Source of the DNA: a virus
DNA length: 64,000 bases
Reading direction: 5' to 3' (one strand)
IMG/VR virus record: IMGVR_UViG_3300009008_000024
Span: 1-64,000 of that record
Below the pieces are notes generated by a model. That model ran no database searches. It was not told the origin of the DNA and saw only the letters and a list, made by a program, of their open reading frames with translations. The position numbers and the translations under genes are program-made. Of this stretch, positions 1 through 9,138 are shown in pieces (the stretch's first letter is position 1; every line of letters begins with the position of its first letter).

Positions 1-55
1 TGGGACTTGGTTGTATCGGGTTCCTAATGAATTAGCAACTGTTTCCACCGTAGCA

Positions 56-65
56 AACTAATTAT
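56..65 (+). promoter_or_regulatory. Putative late promoter WACTANTTAY (fibre genes)
   Basis: AACTAATTAT. Confidence 0.7.
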
Positions 66-95
66 GAAAGCAACCAATCCAGGATATATTTCATA

Positions 96-3000
96 ATGGC
101 AAAAAAAGGTATAGCAGTAGTAAGTGGAAGCGATTCCAATCTCAAAACTAGGTTTAGTTTTCTTGAGACTGGAGATTCGATCCTTGGTGGCGAAAATACT
201 TCCTCACTTCATCAAGTAACCGGCGCGCTAGATCTTACTGGCACATTGAGATTAGATATATCCGGCGCAGCCGATGGATATCTGCTGGTGTCGGATGCCG
301 ATGGAAATGCATCCTGGAAGTTTAGTGCTAGTTCGTCACAATTGCCAGGTGGCGACGACTACCAAGTACAATATAGTCTGAATAACGATTTTACCGCTAG
401 CGCAGATTTAGAGTTCAGTGCCAGTAGCAATTATAGCACTTTGCGCGTAACGGGAAGTACCGAACTCTTTGGTCCCGCCAACTACTCTTGGACACAGAAG
501 CACCCAACTACTCGCCCAACGGCAGTAATTGAAATTGCCAATGCATACGATCTAGACAGAGAAGTCATTGTGGCATTTGGTGGTGCCACATCCGCAGGCG
601 TTGCTCAGTCTCAAACTTGGGAATGGGATGGACAACAGTGGAATCAGAAATTCCCTGCCACATCTCCTTCTGCCCGTCGTGGACTTTCGCAGTCCATGGT
701 GTACGATCCAGATAGAAAAGTTTTTGTTCTCTTCGGCGGTAATACGGGCGGCACTGCTTTTGCCGAGACTTGGGAATATGATGGAACAACCTGGACACAG
801 ATAGTAACCGCCACTACTCCACCTTCTAGAACATTAGCTTCTCTGGTGTATGATAAAGTACAAAAGAAAGTTATTATGTTTGGTGGAGCAACTTTCGGCC
901 CCACAACACCAAACAATGAAACCTGGGAATACGACGGAACGGATTGGACACTCCTGTCTCCTGCTACTTCTCCTACTGCCCGTTACGGTGCTGGGATGGC
1001 ATACGACGAGAGCAGAAATGTAACTGTCTTGGCAGGAGGCACTACCACTTCCGGAGCGACACAAGAGACTTGGGAGTATAATGGGACAACTTGGACACAG
1101 ATCCTTCCAAACACTTTGCCTGTGCTGGGACTCGGAGACTTAGCATTTACATACGACCCGCTACAAAAGACTGTAATTCTATATGGGGCAAATAGTTCTG
1201 TACAACTTCTGAAATACGACGGAGCAGTCTGGACAGACATAACTGCCGAGGTAGGCACACCTACTCCTGCCGGTGTATCATCGCAAATAATCCGAAATAT
1301 AACAGAGTACGATGTAGGGCGACAGGAACTGTTCGTTTACGGCGGTCTTGGGTTTGAATCTCCCACAACGACCACACTTACGGGTTCTTGGGTTTTAAAG
1401 CAAGCAGATGTGCTAACGGCAGCAGAGAGAAAATCATACTTCTTAGAAGATAAAGATTCCAAAGGACAGTTCACATATGCTCTAGGCGTTGTCAATATCT
1501 CTGGGTCGTCAAACGCGCTGCGAGTGGACACTGACTTAAGTAAGAAAGCGCTATACGTCTCAGATGATTCTGTGGACATCTCAGGGTCAACACGGATGGG
1601 AACGCTCCCTGGACACTCGCACCAAGTAACTGGCGCGCTAGAAGTGACAGGCACGTTGAAGTTGGATATATCTGGTTCGCTTGTGAATGGATATGTGCTG
1701 ACGACTGACACAGTAGGTAATGCATCTTGGCAACCGAATACTACATCATCTTTTGCCGCCGAGGCAGGGAAGGTGTCGAATGCTCTTGGCGAAGGCACTG
1801 GAATTGTACCATTTACTTATGATGGTTCCTCAGTCGAGACTGTCGCGATAGATGAATCAATAGTAGTAACTCTTACTGGTTCGCAAACATTAACAAACAA
1901 AATCATTTCGGGAACCTTCTCTGGTTCCCACACTGGATCTTTTCTTGGAGATGGCAGCGGACTAACCAACATTACTGCATCAGAGATAGAAGCAGCAGGC
2001 GATAATTATGAAATACAGTTCAACCTAAATGATGATTTGTCTGCTAGTCCTAACTATACTTTTGTAAGTGCTAGCAATTTACAACTAACGGGTACGTTTT
2101 TTATAAGTGGCACAGGTGCCGCCCTGAGCACCGAGCGGATTATTGAACTTAAAACCAGCACTGGTGTTACTTCACTCTATGTAGACGAACAAGGTCAAGT
2201 AGTTGCAAGGGGAGGGCAAGTTGGGATTGGTTCAGTTGCTTTTCAGGCAGGAACCCCCGGCGATGCACTCTTTGTTGTTAGGTCAGGTGTGTCTAATGTC
2301 GGCGGCATCGTGGGGACTAGCTTTTTACATAGGATAGGTTCTAAAGATGTCCTTCCTGGCGGCAACCAACCAGACAGACCAGTATATACAAGAGTCAATG
2401 ATGATGATACGGGCATCGGTTTTCCAGATTATGACACAGTAACACTTGTTGCTGCTGAAAAAGATATTCTTTATGCAACTACAGGGTCAGGTGGACAATC
2501 AGAGATCAACATATCGGGAAATTTAGACACTTCCGGATCAACAAAAGCGGGAAGTGATTTATCACATACCCATCAGGTTACTGGTTCCCTGCAATTAACA
2601 GGGGCATTGAATCTAGATATATCTGGTTCCCTTGTAGATGGATATGTTTTAACTACTGATACTGCCGGGAATGCCTCTTGGAGACCAAACACCACTTCAT
2701 CTTTTGCTACCTTTGCTGCTGAAGCAGGCAAAGTATCTAATGCTCTTACTGCTTCTTATGGAATTTCTTCCTTTACTTATGATGGATCATCTACTGCACA
2801 TGTGGGTGTGGATACTTCACTGATAGCAACTCTAACAGGATCCCAGACACTTGAAGATAAAATAATCACTGGTTCATTCACTGGTTCTTTCACGGGTTCT
2901 TACACTGGGTCATTCGCTGGAGACGGAAGTGGTCTAACGGGTGTAACTGCTGCTGAGACAGACACTCTTGATGATGTAACCACGAGAGGTAATACGACCG

Positions 3001-6000
3001 CAAACAGCATTACTGTAGGATCTTTCCTCTCAAATGGCGATAGTGTAATCTCGGGCAATTTAGACATAACTGACACTCTTACTGCGAGAGAGTTCCATAC
3101 TCAAATAATTTCATCTTCCATCATCTACGATTCTGGATCAACTAAGTTCGGAGATTCAGCAGATGATTCCCACCAGTTTACTGGTTCAATTGGTCTGGTA
3201 AGTGGTAATGTAGTCGCTCCATCATTTACTGGATCTTTCCTAGGAGACTTAGTTGGAACGTCTAGCGAGGCAAGCAAAGTAACGAATGAACTAGTTGATG
3301 GAACGGGTATCACCGACTTCACATATGATGGTTCTTCCCCCGCCATTGTTTCAATTGATGAGAGTATCGTTGTTACGCTAACTGGATCGCAAACTCTTAC
3401 TAATAAAATCATTTCTGGATCTTTTAGTGGTTCACATACTGGTTCTTTTACTGGATCCTTTGCTGGGGATGGCAGCGAACTAACTGGCATAACCGCTTCT
3501 GTCATGCTAGAACCATTAACCGGAGCATTTGGCATTGTGCCATTTACATACGACGGATCATCTACTGCTGATGTTGCTGTTGATGACACCGTGATAGTGA
3601 CTCTCACTGGATCTCAGACAATAACTAATAAAATCATCTCTGGAACATTCAGTGGATCTCATACTGGATCGTTTACTGGTTCTTTCTTTGGCGACGGTTC
3701 AGGTCTAACAGGAATCAGCGGTAGCGGAGGAACTCCTGGAGGAAATGATCAGAGCATACAGTTTAACTCTGGAAGCACCTTTTCCGGTTCCGACAACTTT
3801 ACATTTGATTATGATACCAACACTCTGACACTGACAGGAACATTTGATATATCTGGTTCTGGTGCTGGAGCAGTAGAAATAACAGGAGGTCTAAATGTCC
3901 TCGGCGATGTATCCGCTTCAGGTTTTTATGGTGATCTATTTGGCACAGCAAGCGAGGCATCAAAAGTAACGAGTGCCCTTACTGCCTCTTACGGAATTGT
4001 TCCATTCACATATGATGGATCGTCTCCGGAACATGTCGGAGTTGACACTTCTCTGATAGTGACCCTTACAGGATCTCAAACTCTTACAGACAAGATTATT
4101 TCTGGTACCTTCTCTGGATCTCACACAGGGTCATTTACAGGATCGTTCATTGGTGATGGCAGTCAACTAACTGGAATAAACACTGGGTCTGGCACTCCCG
4201 GAGGAAACGATCAAAGTATTCAGTTTAATTCTGGCAGCACTTTCTCTGGTTCTGATAACCTAACCTTCGACTACGACGACAACACACTAACTTTAACTGG
4301 TTCTTTAGAAATTTCAGGTTCTGGTGCTGGTGCAGTAGAAATAACTGGCACCCTCGATGTTCTTGGTAATGTATCTGCTTCCGGATTCTATGGTGACCTG
4401 TTCGGCACTGCTAGCGAAGCGAGCAGCGTAACGAATGCTCTTACCGCTTCTTATGGGATTGTTCCTTTTACCTATGACGGGTCATCTACCGCACACGTTG
4501 GAGTTGATACCTCACTGATAGTGACTCTTACGGGTTCCCAGACACTTGAAGATAAAATAATTTCAGGAACTTTTAGTGGTACATTTGTGGGGGATGGTTC
4601 TGGACTAACAGGCGTGACTGGAAGTGATACTGTTCCTGGCGGAGTCGATCAGAATATACAATTTAATTCTGGCAGTACCTTTTCTGGTTCCGATAATCTA
4701 AACTTCGATTATGACAACAACACACTAACTCTTACCGGCACATTAGAAGTGTCAGGTTCAGGAGCAGGTGCAGTTGAAATAACAGGCACACTGGATGTCT
4801 TAGGGAATGTATCTGCTTCTGGTTTTTATGGTGATTTGTTTGGTACAGCAAGTGAAGCAAGTGAGGTCACGAATGCTCTTACTTCCTCCTACGGTATTGT
4901 TCCTTTTACTTATGATGGATCATCGACCGCCCATGTTGGAGTTGATACTTCACTAATAGTGACACTAACTGGTTCACAAACACTTGAAGATAAAATCATC
5001 TCAGGCACTTTTAGCGGATCTCATACTGGATCATTCACGGGATCGTTTGCTGGCGACGGATCTGGTCTGACAGGAGTGACAGCAGAGTGGGATGGCACTC
5101 ACGTTGGCGATGCCTCCATAACAGGATCTCTTTATGTGACGCAAACAATTTCAGGATCTACCATAACCGGATCTTCTGTTGAGGCAACCCAAATAACTGG
5201 ATCTATCATAAGTGCTTCTAACTTCTACGGTGACGGAAGTGGATTGACAAATGTTACTGCTGAGTGGGATGGCAGTCATGATGGAGATGCTAGCATTACT
5301 GGCACCCTGTATGTAACTGAGGGTGTGGAGGCACAATCATTTACTGGATCTTTGCTAGGCGATGTTATCGGAGATTTGACAGGAAATGTGCTAGGGGACT
5401 TGGTTGGCGACGTGACTGGCAACCTGCTTGGGACTGCATCTTTTGCGGACGAAGCAGCAAAAGTGTCTAATGCTCTTACTGCCGCCTACGGTATTGTTCC
5501 CTTTACTTATGATGGATCATCGACTGCGCATGTTGGAGTTGACACATCGCTTATAGTAACCCTTACGGGTTCTCAGGCGCTTGAAGACAAAATAATCACT
5601 GGGTCTTTTACAGGTTCGTTCACGGGATCTTTCACTGGTTCATTTGCCGGAGACGGTTCAGGTCTGACAGGAGTAACTGCTGTAGAAACAGACACTCTTG
5701 ATGATGTAACAACTCGGGGCAACACGACAGCAAACAGCATCACTATAGGTTCGTTTATATCAAACGGAGACAGTGTAGTTACTGGAAACCTAGATGTAAC
5801 AGGCAAGCTTACTGCTAACGAGTTCCATACACAGATTGTATCATCTTCTATTATTTACGACTCAGGTTCAACCAAGTTTGGCGACTCGGCAGACGATTTA
5901 CATCAGTTTACAGGTTCTATTGATCTTATCAGCGGTAACGTAGAAGCACCTTCTTTTACTGGTTCTTTCTTGGGAGACTTGGTTGGAGATGTAACCGGCA

Positions 6001-9000
6001 ACCTGCTTGGGACTGCTTCTTTCGCAGACGAAGCAGCAAAAGTGTCTAATGCTCTTACCGCTTCTTATGGCATCGTCCCCTTCACATATGACGGATCATC
6101 AACTGCTCATGTTGGGGTCGATACTTCGCTAATAGTGACACTAACTGGTTCACAGACACTTGAAGATAAAATAATTTCAGGAACTTTTAGTGGATCTCAC
6201 ACTGGTTCTTTTACAGGGTCTTTCTTTGGAGACGGATCAGGACTTACTGGGTTGCCTTCTGCCACACCAGGAGGTGTTGACCAAAATATTCAATTCAATT
6301 CAGGTAGCACATTCTCTGGGTCGAACAATTTAGACTTTGATTATAATACTAACACACTAACTCTCACTGGAACACTAGAAGTTTCGGGATCCGGAGCAGG
6401 AGCAGTGGAGATAACTGGCACACTGGATGTGCTAGGAAACGTATCTGCTTCGGGATTTTATGGCGATCTAACAGGAACTGCTTCTTTCGCTACAGAAGCA
6501 GGGAAAGTAACTAATGCTCTGACAGGAGGAGCAGGAATCCTCCCATTCACTTATGACGGGTCTTCTACCGCAACAGTAGCAATAGATAGTACGGTTGTTA
6601 CCCTTGCGGGAGTTCAAACACTTACTAATAAAACAATTACTGGATCTTTCAACGGTGATTTGGTTGGCGATGTAACAGGAAATCTTCTTGGTAATGTTAT
6701 CGGGGATATCACGGGAGATGTTACTGGCAATGTGCTTGGCAACTTGACTGGCGATGTAACTGGTAATGTGCTTGGTGATGTGGTTGGAAATCTTACAGGA
6801 AATGTTCTGGGGAATTTGGTTGGCGATGTAACTGGCAACCTTCTTGGCACCGCTTCTTATGCTGACGAGGCAGGCAAAGTAACAAACGCTCTTACTGGCG
6901 GCCACGGCATTGAAGCATTTACTTACGACGGTTCAGCAACAGCAGAAGTAACACTTGATTCCGGATCCGTTGCTCTAATAGACGACACGGGTAAATCGAC
7001 TTTTTACACCACTTTGTCATCAGCTCTCGGAGTTTCTGTTGACGGCGACACTGTTCATGTCTTTCCAGGAGAGTACCCTGAAAACAACCTTACTGTTCCT
7101 ATTGGTGTAACTGTTAGAGGCATTGGCGGATGGGCAGTAACACGAATTGGAACAACATCTTCTTTGTCAAATATTATGACGGTCAGCGACGACTCATACA
7201 TAGACAACCTGTCTTTCTATGTTCCGTCTGGATCTGGATTGGCATCTGTTGTTTATACAGGATCGGCAGGAAAGACATCTGGCATCAGTAACTTGACATT
7301 CTTTGGCGATGGAGCCACTGGTCTTGGGGACGGAATTGTTATCGAACACTCTGGGTCTGGAAATAGCAAGATGATAGGGGCGGAAGTTAGGTTAGATGGC
7401 GGCGGCGTCAACAGCTTGGCAAGAGTTCGAAGCGGGATAATGGCTTTTGAGTCTATTCATGTGCCTGGAAGTGCCGGGACAGTAAACAATGTTATACAGG
7501 CAGAAGGAACAGGTAGAACCCAACTTGTTGGGTTTAATGTTGGCAACCCGAATGTTACGAATGCTATGCATATGAGCGGCACTTCAACAAACAATGTTTT
7601 TAATGTTAACTTATTTAATTGCTTAAACGGATTTTATTTTGCCGAAGACGGCGTAGACTTTGACCTCGTGGGAGGCAAGGTAGATGTGGTGGCATACACA
7701 GGGTTTGTTCATCCTTCTGTGGTATTCACCACTGCCAGTTCCATTTCTTTGAATGGTGTTTTCGATCCAGCATTCTCGTTTCCTGCCGCTGCTCTAGATG
7801 CTGATTTTGCGATGCAGTTCTCCCAAAAGAATACGACAACAAGGACAGCCGCAATGCGTGTTCTTGGTTCGGACCTAAGGGTCGGATTTCCAGAGAAAGG
7901 CAGTACCACACTTATGGGCCAAGGCGGCCATTATGGCGACAAGTCAACTTTTCTGTCAACAGACGCCACTGCTACTACTGCCTCCGATGGCGGTAACTTC
8001 ATTGACATCACCGATGAGGCAACATCGCTAACAGGGTCCACATTTACATTCCAGACCGCCTCCGCTGGTTCTACTATATTGATGTGTAGCAACCGCTTTA
8101 CATCCACAGACCTTCCTCTAAAACATTATGGTTTTCAGCACAAAACAGCTGTCGGAGATATAAGCGGATCTTATGCTTTTGATATATGGAACGGGACGGA
8201 GTGGGAAGAAACATCTGTTCAGACAGTTTCCGTCGATCACACTCACGGATATGCGAACAATGTGTTTATGAGAAGCAACCTGAAAGAAGACCTTCAATAC
8301 GGGGAAGTTACCACAACTAGTGGAAGTTGGGCACTAAAAACAATTAACAGTGTTGAGGGGCACTGGTCTAGAATAAGAATAGTCTCAACTGGATCGACTG
8401 CCCCTGCGTCTTTTGAATATTTGAACCTGTCGCCGCACATTACCACTTACAATGCAATTGGGCAGAAGCATGCGACTGGATTATCAATGTGGAGAGAAAC
8501 TATCGCTGGGACAGGCAACATCTTTGGTGAGACGGGTGGTGTAATCTCGGCAACACCAGCCATTGGCTCTGGCGGCGGAACTACTGGGTGGAATCATAAT
8601 ATGAAGAACTGCCGGTTGAACCAAACTGGAGATGCCATCTATACACAGTTTGCACTACCTGCTGGTATATGTACTGCATATCCTTTGCGACTACAACTAG
8701 TATATAGTTTGACGAACTCCTCCACACAAACATCTGCTCCGACTGGTACGATGTCGGTGTTACCACTTGAAGCTGCTGGTGTACAAGTAGCAGATCCCAC
8801 TGGCGGCACTGAACCAATTTTACGACCTTTTAGTTCTACGGAAACACTGACGGCGAAGGCAGCAACAGCAATTGCGGCGGATCTTGTCCCGGAAGGAGTA
8901 ACACTCCCGGCAGCAAGTCTAGACGATAAGGTGATACAAACTAGTTATGAACCATACGACATAAGTTCTTATTATGAAGATGATGTGATAGCGATTAGGT

Positions 9001-9113
9001 TTGAACTTACAGATGACGGTGCTCCCAACCAAGATGTTGTTGTATGGGCAATTGTAATCGAAGGTGTTAAGTTTGCAGATGGTAAGGTACTAGACCACGC
9101 TCATCATATTTAG
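96..9113 (+). CDS. Giant (3005 aa) modular fibre/adhesin-like virion protein: Kelch-like propeller, repeat shaft, C-terminal beta-helix-like region
   Basis: Ser/Thr/Gly-rich. TWE(W/Y)DG..W / (V/A)YD...V.L.GG propeller repeats at aa ~130-430; 11 FTYDGS modules; TGSF and GDVTGN short repeats; 'TLSSAL...DGDTVHVFPGEYPE' start of a pectin-lyase-like beta-helix; preceded by the late motif at 56-65. Confidence 0.75.
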   Translation: MAKKGIAVVSGSDSNLKTRFSFLETGDSILGGENTSSLHQVTGALDLTGTLRLDISGAADGYLLVSDADGNASWKFSASSSQLPGGDDYQVQYSLNNDFTASADLEFSASSNYSTLRVTGSTELFGPANYSWTQKHPTTRPTAVIEIANAYDLDREVIVAFGGATSAGVAQSQTWEWDGQQWNQKFPATSPSARRGLSQSMVYDPDRKVFVLFGGNTGGTAFAETWEYDGTTWTQIVTATTPPSRTLASLVYDKVQKKVIMFGGATFGPTTPNNETWEYDGTDWTLLSPATSPTARYGAGMAYDESRNVTVLAGGTTTSGATQETWEYNGTTWTQILPNTLPVLGLGDLAFTYDPLQKTVILYGANSSVQLLKYDGAVWTDITAEVGTPTPAGVSSQIIRNITEYDVGRQELFVYGGLGFESPTTTTLTGSWVLKQADVLTAAERKSYFLEDKDSKGQFTYALGVVNISGSSNALRVDTDLSKKALYVSDDSVDISGSTRMGTLPGHSHQVTGALEVTGTLKLDISGSLVNGYVLTTDTVGNASWQPNTTSSFAAEAGKVSNALGEGTGIVPFTYDGSSVETVAIDESIVVTLTGSQTLTNKIISGTFSGSHTGSFLGDGSGLTNITASEIEAAGDNYEIQFNLNDDLSASPNYTFVSASNLQLTGTFFISGTGAALSTERIIELKTSTGVTSLYVDEQGQVVARGGQVGIGSVAFQAGTPGDALFVVRSGVSNVGGIVGTSFLHRIGSKDVLPGGNQPDRPVYTRVNDDDTGIGFPDYDTVTLVAAEKDILYATTGSGGQSEINISGNLDTSGSTKAGSDLSHTHQVTGSLQLTGALNLDISGSLVDGYVLTTDTAGNASWRPNTTSSFATFAAEAGKVSNALTASYGISSFTYDGSSTAHVGVDTSLIATLTGSQTLEDKIITGSFTGSFTGSYTGSFAGDGSGLTGVTAAETDTLDDVTTRGNTTANSITVGSFLSNGDSVISGNLDITDTLTAREFHTQIISSSIIYDSGSTKFGDSADDSHQFTGSIGLVSGNVVAPSFTGSFLGDLVGTSSEASKVTNELVDGTGITDFTYDGSSPAIVSIDESIVVTLTGSQTLTNKIISGSFSGSHTGSFTGSFAGDGSELTGITASVMLEPLTGAFGIVPFTYDGSSTADVAVDDTVIVTLTGSQTITNKIISGTFSGSHTGSFTGSFFGDGSGLTGISGSGGTPGGNDQSIQFNSGSTFSGSDNFTFDYDTNTLTLTGTFDISGSGAGAVEITGGLNVLGDVSASGFYGDLFGTASEASKVTSALTASYGIVPFTYDGSSPEHVGVDTSLIVTLTGSQTLTDKIISGTFSGSHTGSFTGSFIGDGSQLTGINTGSGTPGGNDQSIQFNSGSTFSGSDNLTFDYDDNTLTLTGSLEISGSGAGAVEITGTLDVLGNVSASGFYGDLFGTASEASSVTNALTASYGIVPFTYDGSSTAHVGVDTSLIVTLTGSQTLEDKIISGTFSGTFVGDGSGLTGVTGSDTVPGGVDQNIQFNSGSTFSGSDNLNFDYDNNTLTLTGTLEVSGSGAGAVEITGTLDVLGNVSASGFYGDLFGTASEASEVTNALTSSYGIVPFTYDGSSTAHVGVDTSLIVTLTGSQTLEDKIISGTFSGSHTGSFTGSFAGDGSGLTGVTAEWDGTHVGDASITGSLYVTQTISGSTITGSSVEATQITGSIISASNFYGDGSGLTNVTAEWDGSHDGDASITGTLYVTEGVEAQSFTGSLLGDVIGDLTGNVLGDLVGDVTGNLLGTASFADEAAKVSNALTAAYGIVPFTYDGSSTAHVGVDTSLIVTLTGSQALEDKIITGSFTGSFTGSFTGSFAGDGSGLTGVTAVETDTLDDVTTRGNTTANSITIGSFISNGDSVVTGNLDVTGKLTANEFHTQIVSSSIIYDSGSTKFGDSADDLHQFTGSIDLISGNVEAPSFTGSFLGDLVGDVTGNLLGTASFADEAAKVSNALTASYGIVPFTYDGSSTAHVGVDTSLIVTLTGSQTLEDKIISGTFSGSHTGSFTGSFFGDGSGLTGLPSATPGGVDQNIQFNSGSTFSGSNNLDFDYNTNTLTLTGTLEVSGSGAGAVEITGTLDVLGNVSASGFYGDLTGTASFATEAGKVTNALTGGAGILPFTYDGSSTATVAIDSTVVTLAGVQTLTNKTITGSFNGDLVGDVTGNLLGNVIGDITGDVTGNVLGNLTGDVTGNVLGDVVGNLTGNVLGNLVGDVTGNLLGTASYADEAGKVTNALTGGHGIEAFTYDGSATAEVTLDSGSVALIDDTGKSTFYTTLSSALGVSVDGDTVHVFPGEYPENNLTVPIGVTVRGIGGWAVTRIGTTSSLSNIMTVSDDSYIDNLSFYVPSGSGLASVVYTGSAGKTSGISNLTFFGDGATGLGDGIVIEHSGSGNSKMIGAEVRLDGGGVNSLARVRSGIMAFESIHVPGSAGTVNNVIQAEGTGRTQLVGFNVGNPNVTNAMHMSGTSTNNVFNVNLFNCLNGFYFAEDGVDFDLVGGKVDVVAYTGFVHPSVVFTTASSISLNGVFDPAFSFPAAALDADFAMQFSQKNTTTRTAAMRVLGSDLRVGFPEKGSTTLMGQGGHYGDKSTFLSTDATATTASDGGNFIDITDEATSLTGSTFTFQTASAGSTILMCSNRFTSTDLPLKHYGFQHKTAVGDISGSYAFDIWNGTEWEETSVQTVSVDHTHGYANNVFMRSNLKEDLQYGEVTTTSGSWALKTINSVEGHWSRIRIVSTGSTAPASFEYLNLSPHITTYNAIGQKHATGLSMWRETIAGTGNIFGETGGVISATPAIGSGGGTTGWNHNMKNCRLNQTGDAIYTQFALPAGICTAYPLRLQLVYSLTNSSTQTSAPTGTMSVLPLEAAGVQVADPTGGTEPILRPFSSTETLTAKAATAIAADLVPEGVTLPAASLDDKVIQTSYEPYDISSYYEDDVIAIRFELTDDGAPNQDVVVWAIVIEGVKFADGKVLDHAHHI
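483..1390 (+). repeat. Kelch/galactose-oxidase-like beta-propeller repeats inside the giant fibre gene
   Basis: About 6 repeats of W....P...P..R....YD..R...V.FGG......TWE(W/Y)DG. Confidence 0.8.
1750..6960 (+). repeat. Intragenic modular repeats (11x EA.KV.NAL...GI.PFTYDGSS...VTLTGSQTL.(D/N)KII(S/T)G; 4x PGG.DQ.IQFNSGSTFSGS; 2x ETDTLDDVTTRGNTT; GDVTGN tracts)
   Basis: Counted in the translation; nucleotide copies differ mainly at synonymous positions. Confidence 0.9.
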
Positions 9114-9138
9114 GGCATAGGAGAAAGGAAGAAAGAAA

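Noticed and set aside
1-27. 3' end of an upstream gene (WDLVVSGS-stop)
   Set aside because: Plausible but only 8 codons are visible, so it cannot be supported
1750-6960. Repeats as a CRISPR array or DGR template/variable repeats
   Set aside because: Repeats are in-frame coding modules with synonymous variation, not constant repeats with spacers or adenine-specific changes; no cas or reverse transcriptase gene seen
8939-8948. Intragenic AACTAGTTAT copy about 190 nt upstream of ORF 9139
   Set aside because: Could be a real internal late promoter, but it lies in coding sequence and may be chance; not counted
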